From an uncultured archaeon (GTDB taxonomy: Archaea; Micrarchaeota; Micrarchaeia; Micrarchaeales; CABMGC01): a stretch of DNA of 64,000 nt. This document shows, piece after piece, positions 56,605 to 64,000 of the stretch (positions are counted from its first letter, which is position 1; every line of letters starts with the position of its first letter). Below the pieces are notes generated by a model, which made no database searches, was not told the origin of the DNA, and saw nothing but the letters and a program-made list of their open reading frames with translations. The translations under genes were made by a program, and so were the position numbers. The stretch covers positions 128,001 to 192,000 of the forward strand of contig CAWBCT010000005.1 of the NCBI GenBank assembly GCA_963787445.1, given 5' to 3'.

Positions 56605-56677
56605 GGGGAGTTCTGCTAGCTTGGTAGGCTGTTGCCATGGGGTGGCAACGACACGAGTTCAAATCTCGTACTCCCCA
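56605..56677 (+). tRNA. tRNA-Pro(GGG), CCA not encoded
   Basis: GGGGAGT/ACTCCCC acceptor stem, TTGCC-ATGGGGT-GGCAA anticodon arm, ACGAG-TTCAAAT-CTCGT. Confidence 0.88.
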
Positions 56678-56689
56678 ATTTATATTTGG

Positions 56690-56851
56690 TTATATTTGAG
56701 AGTTCGGTTTCTTGGGCATAGGGCCTCTGAAGAGCGCTCTTACCATCTCCTTCATTCTCTGGTCTTTTCGTAGATAAGCAGACATCATCCTTACGTGAAA
56801 TTGCTCATTTGTCTCTACAATCTCCTTTGTAGGCTTCCGCTTTTTCATCAT
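56690..56851 (-). CDS. Small basic hypothetical protein (53 aa)
   Basis: Manual translation MMKKRKPTKEIVETNEQFHVRMMSAYLRK..; TATA-like TTTAAG about 25 nt upstream. Confidence 0.4.
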   Translation of the reverse strand: MMKKRKPTKEIVETNEQFHVRMMSAYLRKDQRMKEMVRALFRGPMPKKPNSQI

Positions 56852-57119
56852 ATATATCAGCTTATTGGCATTCCTTAAATGTCTTACATTTTACTGCATG
56901 TCGGGTAAAATTCCCAAGCAAAGCGGCGCTCAACAATAATGATATGCTATCTTCGATACAGATATATTATTCTTTCGTATCCCCCTCCCCCTAGATTTCC
57001 CGCCCGGTGTTTATGAGGGTCACATATGCCTCAATTTATCTTGAAGTGTATGTGGGTCTGTGCTACAAGACCGTTAGCAAGGGATTTATAAGATGCAGCA
57101 CCTTCTTCCTAGTGGTAAG

Positions 57120-57674
57120 ATGAAATCTAGGACGAACCTTCTTATGCTGCTTCCGCTGTTCTTGATGATTGCGATGGCCGGGGCTTTGAATTCCACTCCT
57201 TCGTACAATAATACCTACAATGTTGCAATTAATCTGTCGGCTGAGATAAGCAATTCCAATGCCGCCGGTTTTAGCTTGGCACAGGGATCTCTCGCATCCC
57301 AGTCGGCTTCGGGCTGCATCCGCGTGCTGATTACCTCTTGCAACAACAATGTTCCTGACCAGTTCATTTGCATAAATAACTCCTACTATGGCGCATATGA
57401 AAGCCAGAACCAAAACATCAGCATGGAAAGAGGGCAGCAGGCATGTCCGATGTTCCTCCTAGAGGGAAGCGTCTCTTGCGGAGTGGTAAGCGGCTACTGC
57501 GTAGTCACATACAGCGGCTCTGCATCTCCTTTGAACCCTACAACAACCGTGAATGGCACCGCCATATCTTTACCTGCTTCGAACAGCACCATAACGCAGT
57601 ATGTGGAGAGTGCTTTGAGTAGCATATTGGGTAAAATAATTTCGTTCTTCAAGAACACGCTCCACCTGAACTGA
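57120..57674 (+). CDS. Secreted Cys-rich hypothetical protein
   Basis: Signal peptide, six Cys in the core, N-glycosylation sequons. Confidence 0.7.
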   Translation: MKSRTNLLMLLPLFLMIAMAGALNSTPSYNNTYNVAINLSAEISNSNAAGFSLAQGSLASQSASGCIRVLITSCNNNVPDQFICINNSYYGAYESQNQNISMERGQQACPMFLLEGSVSCGVVSGYCVVTYSGSASPLNPTTTVNGTAISLPASNSTITQYVESALSSILGKIISFFKNTLHLN

Positions 57675-57805
57675 CCTGTTCTTTGGGCTGCGCAAAACAG
57701 ATCATAAAAAATGTTCCAGGAAGATCACCGCAGCAGGATAATTTAGATAAAACCTAATTTTAGGCATATTATTTTAAACATGAACTACGATTACTCATTG
57801 ATTTT

Positions 57806-58492
57806 ATGCCAAACTATCCTAATACGACAGACCAGAGCGCACAGCAGAGCACGCCACAGCGGCCAGCCAAAAGCAGCGGGAAGAGCAACCAGAAGCTCTA
57901 CATAGTAGCAAGTGTCGCTATCGTGGTGATACTTGGCATTTTGGTCCTGTTTTACTCCGGCATAGGGGGAGCTCCTGCCCAGAATCTCACGCCGTTGAAC
58001 AATGCAACTCCGATTTACATGAGCATTCCGCAGGCCCAGACGCTCCTCGGATCGCAGATAATAAACTACACGGCGAACTACAGCGCTTCGACGCTCTACA
58101 ATTCGTCATCTCCGATAAACATAACGCTTCTTGAGGGCTTGGTCCCGCAAATTGCAGGGAATGCGACCAACGGATGGGTTACCTTCGCAGATGGTTCGGG
58201 GATAGAAAATGCAAGCCTGCAGTATATCGTTATACAGACTGCAGACGCATCAAACATCTCTGCCGCGCTTGCCGACCTGCAGGCCACCTCGTTCTCGCCT
58301 CTCCCGACCTTGGTAAACGGTCAGGCGAATGGGATGAGCTACACCTATGAGACGTTTAGCAACATAACGGGAAGCTTCCAGAGCCTGGTTGGATGGAAGA
58401 ACGGCTATGTCACTGTTATAGACTTGGCAGCCAACAATTTCACCACAAACCAGACAGAGATGGCGCAAATTGCATCGAGCAATATACAGTAA
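57806..58492 (+). CDS. N-anchored surface protein
   Basis: Single TM at about aa 31-50; Asn/Thr/Ser-rich ectodomain. Confidence 0.75.
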   Translation: MPNYPNTTDQSAQQSTPQRPAKSSGKSNQKLYIVASVAIVVILGILVLFYSGIGGAPAQNLTPLNNATPIYMSIPQAQTLLGSQIINYTANYSASTLYNSSSPINITLLEGLVPQIAGNATNGWVTFADGSGIENASLQYIVIQTADASNISAALADLQATSFSPLPTLVNGQANGMSYTYETFSNITGSFQSLVGWKNGYVTVIDLAANNFTTNQTEMAQIASSNIQ

Positions 58493-58568
58493 TCCGGTGC
58501 GGTTTTCCCTGCCGAAACGCACCGTAAGGCTTAAACTGTTGCGATGAGATTACTCTTGCAGTGGTCTG

Positions 58569-59788
58569 ATGTTCTTTGGGAAGGATAAGCCGGAGGAGAT
58601 TAGGCCAGACGCGCTGTACCAGCTGCTTAACTCCCTCTTTGAGAAAAAGCTGGGAGCCTTCCCCGGAAGGGCCGATGGGATAGCGCGCCAGATGCTGAAA
58701 TCCGGGGCGGGGTTCTCCGAGGCGTGCGACAAGTTGGAGAAACTCGATGCCGAGCCCTACGTGGAAAACATCTACTTCAAGACTGTCGGCTCGATAAAGA
58801 GCCAGAAGTATCCGTACGTCAAGGCGCTCAGGCAGATCATCAGCGAGAACGGCTTTGATGCCGGCGAGGCTCCGAACTCCTATGAGCGGTACACGGAGCT
58901 TCTCTCCAGGGCCGAGAAGATGACGGGCGAGGTGCTCAAAACGAACGCCGAATTCAAGCTCGTCCTTTACTGCTATGGCAACTACATGGGAACGTTCAGG
59001 AAGTCCTTCTCGGACATAGAAAGATGCAGGGAGAACCTGAGGCGCGAGATCGGCAGCAGGTCGAAGGAGCATGCGGAGTTCAGCTCGGTCAACGGCTGGG
59101 TCTCCAGGCTCGCGATGCTGCAGGAGGAGCAGGCGACCATGGGCAGAGAGCATAGGCTTGGCTCGGCGAGAGCCTCGGAGTGATAAACAAGAAGGTTCTT
59201 GAGAAGGACGAGGCGGTGCTGGTGAAGAAGCTTGATGGGATACGGTTTGAGCTCTCCGTGGTGGACGCGGAAGCCGACAGACTCTCCGACTAGGATAAGC
59301 CTGCTGACCACACCCCTCGAAAGGCAGGCAAGGAAGATGGACCACATCTCGCTCGGGAAGAGGCGGCTGTACCCAATGATGGCGGATCCAGTAGGTGAGA
59401 TGAAGAGCGAGGCAGAATACCAGGAATTCAAGGCACTGGTGAAAAAACTCAAGGAGGACGTTGAGAAGGAGAGCGTAGACGCAAAGAACAGGGTGGGGAC
59501 GCTTGAGTCCATCTCGCATGCTAATGAACTCAGATCTTTATGGCATGGTGACAGTCCCTGAAATCATTGCGGCAAAAGAAGTCCGAGATGGAGAACGAGG
59601 CCAGGATGGTAGAGGGAGTGCTTGGGGACGTGAAAGAGGGAAAGGGTTCTTCCGAGAAAACAGTCAGGGACATAGCCTCAATGGAAGAAAAGCTTAAGGA
59701 GACTGGGATATCGATCTCAGCGGCAAAACAGATGATAGAGAAGCTTTTCCTGGAGTACTACCGCAAGTCCATTTTGATAATATTGTAA
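58569..59788 (+). pseudogene. Coiled-coil protein (about 404 aa) interrupted by several frameshifts (pseudogene or sequence error)
   Basis: ORFs 58569, 59232, 59503 and 59567 join into one frame if single bases near 59145, 59155, 59288, 59517 and 59551 are removed (1215 nt). Confidence 0.65.
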
Positions 59789-59852
59789 GGCCCAGAAGTG
59801 GCTTACTCCATTGCCTTTTATACTTTTTTGACTACAATAAGCAAGTGCGATA

Positions 59853-61160
59853 ATGGCAAAAATTAGTACGTCCAAGGCCGTTGGCAGGCTTGGCAAGGAA
59901 GTTGAGGTCGCAGGGTGGGTGCACAGGAAGCGCGAGAGCGGTGGCATAATATTCGTCATAGTGAGGGACACGGAGGGCATACTTCAGGCCGCGATAAAGA
60001 AGGCCAGCGTTGACAGCAAGTCCTGGGAGGACGCAGTGAACTCCACCATAGAGTCAAGCGTTGTGCTGAAGGGCACTGTCAAAGAGGACAAACGCGCGCC
60101 CACGGGCTACGAACTTGATGCCAAGAGCTTCAGGAACGTCCATGTCTCAGAACCCTTTCCCATAACCGAATACCAGAGCACCGAGCTCCTGCTGGACAAG
60201 AGGCACCTCTGGCTCAGGAGCCAGAAGATGACCGCGATAATGCGCACGCGCTCCCATGTATTCAGGTACGCCCGCGAGTTCCTTGACAAGAAGGGCTTCT
60301 ACGAGATAACGCCTCCACTCATAACAAGCGCGGGAGGGGAGACCGGCGCAGACCTCTTCCAACTGGACTACTTCGGAGAGAAGATGTACCTTACCGAGTC
60401 CTCCCAACTCTACGCAGAGGCGATGGTGCCCACCCTGGGGCTGGTTTACTCGTTTGCCCCTTCCTACCGGGCGGAGAAGTCGCGAACTGTAAAGCACCTC
60501 GCCGAGTACTGGCACCTTGAGCCGGAGATGGCGCACTACAACCTCAGCATGAACATGAAGCTGCAGGAGAAACTTGTCAGTCATATAGCGAACAGGGTTG
60601 CCGATAGGGATGAAGTCACACTGAAGACGCTAAACCTGCAGAAGGAGGCGTTGTCAAAGATAAAACCGCCATTCAAGAGGATAACCTACGAGAAAGCGAT
60701 CGAGATACTCAACGGCAAGGGATCAGTGAAGAAGTGGGGCGACGACTTCGGAGTGGAGGACGAACGCCTGCTCACCGAAGAGGAGGAGAAGCCGATATTC
60801 GTCACGCACTTCCCGAAGGAGATCAAGCCGTTCTACATGCCGATAAATCCGAAGGACGAGCGGACGGTCATGGCCGCAGACATGCTGGCGCCGAAGGGAC
60901 ACGGGGAGATAATAGGGGGCAGCGAGCGCATCTGGAAGTACCAGGAGCTCATGGACCGCATAAGGGAGGTCGAGGTGGCGAAGAAGATGACCATGAACCT
61001 GAAGAACTACGAGTGGTGGATAGACCTGAGGCGCTACGGCTCTGTGCCGCACGCCGGCTTCGGCATGGGGATCGAGCGGGTGATAAAGTGGCTGCTGAGC
61101 CTTGACCACATACGCGATGCGATCCCGTTCCCGAGAATGGTAAACCGGATGCAGCCCTGA
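59853..61160 (+). CDS. asnS: Asparagine--tRNA ligase
   Basis: GWVHRKR, LLDKRHLWLRS, YRAEKSRT..HLAEYW, GEIIGGSER, PHAGFGMGIER. Confidence 0.93.
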   Translation: MAKISTSKAVGRLGKEVEVAGWVHRKRESGGIIFVIVRDTEGILQAAIKKASVDSKSWEDAVNSTIESSVVLKGTVKEDKRAPTGYELDAKSFRNVHVSEPFPITEYQSTELLLDKRHLWLRSQKMTAIMRTRSHVFRYAREFLDKKGFYEITPPLITSAGGETGADLFQLDYFGEKMYLTESSQLYAEAMVPTLGLVYSFAPSYRAEKSRTVKHLAEYWHLEPEMAHYNLSMNMKLQEKLVSHIANRVADRDEVTLKTLNLQKEALSKIKPPFKRITYEKAIEILNGKGSVKKWGDDFGVEDERLLTEEEEKPIFVTHFPKEIKPFYMPINPKDERTVMAADMLAPKGHGEIIGGSERIWKYQELMDRIREVEVAKKMTMNLKNYEWWIDLRRYGSVPHAGFGMGIERVIKWLLSLDHIRDAIPFPRMVNRMQP

Positions 61161-61166
61161 GCTGTA

Positions 61167-61238
61167 AGCCCCAAGAGGGAATTGAACCCCCGACTTCTAG
61201 TTTACGAAACTAGCGCTCTACCACTGAGCTACTGGGGC
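61167..61238 (-). tRNA. tRNA-Thr(CGT), CCA not encoded
   Basis: GCCCCAGTAGCTCAGTGGTAGAGC, CTAGT-TTCGTAA-ACTAG, GGTTCAATTCC. Confidence 0.95.
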
Positions 61239-61298
61239 AAGTAGGCTTATGGTTTAAATAGATATGAGCAGAGATATATTAAATTTACCTGTGGTTTG

Positions 61299-64000
61299 AT
61301 GGCTTCGGACGACGTTATTGACCCTTCCAAGATGGAGGCTCTGCCCGAAGAGGCGCTGGACGTCGTGGGGGAGCCGCCGACCACCGAGAACGCAGAACCC
61401 GGCACGGGCAGTGCACCGGCTCCTGAAGCGATCGGGCAGGAAAAACCGCACTCTAATGTAAAGATTATAATATATGCAGTCATTGCCCTGCTTGTGGTAG
61501 TGGCCGTCGTTGTGGTTGCGCTCAGCTACAGGACAAAGCCGGCGGGCGTGACCACGAGCAGCACCCTCCTGACCACGACCATAGGCCACAACGGCACGGT
61601 CGTGCTCGCTCCTGGCGCGGTCTCCTCCTGCGGAGTCATAAGGAAGCCGGGGACCTATTACCTTACCCAGGGCTTTAGCGTGGGCCTGAACTCGAGCCCC
61701 TGCCTGGCGGTCTACTCGAGCAACGTGAAGTTCGACGGGCACGGCTACAGCATAGAGGGCAGCGGTCCCTACATCATCACCGCAAACCCCACCTACGGGA
61801 TCTACGCAGCAAACCTCACCAACGTTACCATAGAGAACCTCTCGGTCTCCCAGTTCTCCTACGGGGTGTTCTTCTCGGGGATGTACGGCTCAAAGGCGCT
61901 CCGCGTCAAGGCGACAAACGCGACGGTTTCTGACTTCTACCTTTACAGGTCGACGAACAGCACGCTCGGCTATGACACTGCCTCGGGAGCGGAGAGCGCC
62001 TTCGGCGGGATCTACCTGAGCGGCGGGGGCTTCAACAACGTCTCGAACAGCGAGATCCAGTCCAACGCCTACTACGGGCTCTACCTCAACTCGAGCAACA
62101 ACACCTTCTTCAGGAACACCTTCGCGAGCAACCCGGTCGACCTGGTCTGCAGTGCCAACGCGAACGGGAGGAAGAGCAACGCCTTTGGCAACTCCAGCTG
62201 CCAGGTGAACCAGTACTGCAACTTCGCCAGCTGCAGCAGCCAGAACCTCCCCTACAGCGTGCAGAACACGCAGCTGCAGAAGGCCATAAACAGCTGCGGC
62301 TCGATAGTCTCCCACGGCGTCTACGAAGCGGGGTCGAGCCTCTCGCTCTCAAACTACGAGAACATCTCCAACCCCGCCTCGAAGAAAGACGCCTGTATAA
62401 CGATCGACTCGCCCGACGTCACGCTCAACTGCAACAACCGGACCATAGGCAACGCCTACTACGGGGTGCTGGAGCAGGGGCTTTACAACACGAGCATAGA
62501 GAACTGCGTGTTCGAGAATGACAGCTACGGCCTGTACCTGAAGAACACCATAGGCGCGAGCCTCACAAACCTCCAGGCGCAGGGCGGCATCTACGGCATT
62601 TACCTGAACAATGCGACCGGGACCGTGCTCACGAAGGTCCAGGCGCAGGACAACACCTTCGGGCTTTACCTCCAGGGCGCCTCGGGCAGCAGCATCTACA
62701 ACATGAACATGTACAACAACACCTACGGCGTCTACGTAAACGGGGCAGGGGCGAACGGGTACTACAGCGGAAGCACCAAAGGGAACCTGAAGGCCGACCT
62801 TTACTGCTCCGCAAACTCCTACAACTCCACGGGCAACTTCTACAAGCCGATCGCCTGCGGCTCCAGCGACTGCGCCTGGGCAACCTCGTGCACCAAGATT
62901 CTCAACCCGCCCATCCCGCTGACCCCGCTCTTCGGGTGCGGAACCATACAGGCTGCAGGGAACTACACCCTGAAGTCCAGCCTGCTGAACCCGACCAGAA
63001 CCGGCACATGCCTGACGATAAAGGCGAACAACGTCAGCATAAACTGCAACAATGAGATAATCCAGGGCGGCGGGCAGGCGGTCGGCACCGGGGTGAGCCT
63101 CCAGGGCGTCTCCAATTTCAGGCTCGACAACTGCAACCTGCGCGACTTCCAGTACGCAGTATCGGCCGCCAACGCCTCCTACCTGCAGCTGCAGAACCTG
63201 AACATAAGCACGGTTGGATCGGGCATCTACGCCAAGGGCGCGTTCTTCTCCACCGTCAGCAACGTCAGCGTGAACACGTTCAGCAACTACGGCTTCTACT
63301 TCAACAGGACAAACAGCACGGTGATTGCGAACGACTCGGTCCGGGACGGGATCAACGGCGCCTCCGCCTACTCGTTCTCCAACTTCTATAACAACATCGT
63401 GCTGAACAACAGCGTCGATAACGTGAACCCCTACGGGTTTGTCTTCCAATCGGCGAGGGGCAATAAGGTGTCGGGCAACAGCGCAACGGGCACGGCAGTC
63501 GCAGGCTACTCCTGCGACCCGGCGAGCTCCGGGCTCTTCTCCCAGGGAAGCTACGTGAACTACGGGGTGGGCAAGGTGGGCTGCGTCTGGATGATAGAGG
63601 TGAACCCCTCGGTGTCGCAGACCTGCGGCGCCATCTACAGCTCCGCCATAGTGCAGCTCAGCCAGGACATGCTGTACACGTTCGGCAACGCCTGCTACAC
63701 TGTCGGCACCACACAGACAGTGGTGAACGGCACGAGCAACAGGACCACAGTAAACAACACGATCATAAACTGCGGCGGGCACACGGTCGTCTCGGATTCC
63801 GGAGGAACCTTTGTGAGCGCCAGCACCAACGCGGGCGGGGTCGTGCTCGAGAACTGCTACATAAAGAACTTCACCACTGCGATGTACATCCAGGGTCCCG
63901 GGGCCACGGTCATTAACAACACGATCTCGAACGTGAAGAACGGGGTCTACATAAACGGCGGCAGCAACGCAAAGATACAGAACAACCAGATAACCAACTC
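61299..64000 (+). CDS. Large N-anchored surface protein with tandem right-handed beta-helix (NosD/CASH-like) modules; runs off the window
   Basis: Manual translation: acidic cytoplasmic N-terminus, TM, then at least four modules starting CG.I...G.Y.L..C..I...NV..(D/N)C; YG(I/L)YL repeats. Confidence 0.85.
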   Translation, partial: MASDDVIDPSKMEALPEEALDVVGEPPTTENAEPGTGSAPAPEAIGQEKPHSNVKIIIYAVIALLVVVAVVVVALSYRTKPAGVTTSSTLLTTTIGHNGTVVLAPGAVSSCGVIRKPGTYYLTQGFSVGLNSSPCLAVYSSNVKFDGHGYSIEGSGPYIITANPTYGIYAANLTNVTIENLSVSQFSYGVFFSGMYGSKALRVKATNATVSDFYLYRSTNSTLGYDTASGAESAFGGIYLSGGGFNNVSNSEIQSNAYYGLYLNSSNNTFFRNTFASNPVDLVCSANANGRKSNAFGNSSCQVNQYCNFASCSSQNLPYSVQNTQLQKAINSCGSIVSHGVYEAGSSLSLSNYENISNPASKKDACITIDSPDVTLNCNNRTIGNAYYGVLEQGLYNTSIENCVFENDSYGLYLKNTIGASLTNLQAQGGIYGIYLNNATGTVLTKVQAQDNTFGLYLQGASGSSIYNMNMYNNTYGVYVNGAGANGYYSGSTKGNLKADLYCSANSYNSTGNFYKPIACGSSDCAWATSCTKILNPPIPLTPLFGCGTIQAAGNYTLKSSLLNPTRTGTCLTIKANNVSINCNNEIIQGGGQAVGTGVSLQGVSNFRLDNCNLRDFQYAVSAANASYLQLQNLNISTVGSGIYAKGAFFSTVSNVSVNTFSNYGFYFNRTNSTVIANDSVRDGINGASAYSFSNFYNNIVLNNSVDNVNPYGFVFQSARGNKVSGNSATGTAVAGYSCDPASSGLFSQGSYVNYGVGKVGCVWMIEVNPSVSQTCGAIYSSAIVQLSQDMLYTFGNACYTVGTTQTVVNGTSNRTTVNNTIINCGGHTVVSDSGGTFVSASTNAGGVVLENCYIKNFTTAMYIQGPGATVINNTISNVKNGVYINGGSNAKIQNNQITN

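Noticed and set aside
56605-56677. Reading the tRNA as Pro(TGG) or as intron-containing
   Set aside because: The 7-nt loop ATGGGGT places GGG at 34-36, and the 73-nt cloverleaf is complete without an intron.
56496-58500. Possible integrated element downstream of tRNA-Leu/tRNA-Pro
   Set aside because: No integrase and no duplicated tRNA 3' end (att) seen.
61254-63782. Minus-strand ORFs up to 477 aa
   Set aside because: They are antisense to the real plus-strand beta-helix gene.
1-64000. CRISPR arrays, transposases, inteins, rRNA
   Set aside because: None seen by eye; rfcS, infB and lig are of normal length.

Overview
This is an archaeal chromosomal segment with no CRISPR, transposase or rRNA. 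It is most consistent with a DPANN lineage such as Micrarchaeota; that assignment is inferred from gene content and r-protein style, not from a search. From left to right it holds a sdhA-anchor-sdhB-fumC operon, rfcS and thiI, rpl30e-rps12-rps7-EF2 and rpl7ae-rps28e-rpl24e, rpl29-SUI1, nth and a Tad-like type IV pilus locus. These are followed by DNA ligase, two tandem ftsZ, rpl15e-pcc1-rpl3..rps3, priS, lysA, pth2/pfdB/DHH, a surface/sensor cluster (DUF4382-like proteins, secreted Lon-type protease), rnhB, a UbiA prenyltransferase, ndk, aIF5B, YchF, asnS, three tRNAs and a large beta-helix surface protein cut by the window end. The most notable observations are five. (1) Complex II has an SdhB with two N-terminal TM helices and a His-free 3-TM partner. 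(2) A textbook K-turn lies 9 nt upstream of rpl30e, a second K-turn/K-loop covers the rpl7ae SD, and there is a structured rpl15e leader plus an unexplained ~175-nt structured RNA. (3) nth, rnhB and possibly priS appear to use CUG/AUA starts at exact SD spacing. (4) There is a translationally coupled pair of FtsZ2-type genes. (5) A wHTH-TM-ectodomain regulator sits beside a secreted Lon-type protease and a paralogous ectodomain gene. Several +1 frameshifts may be sequencing errors.
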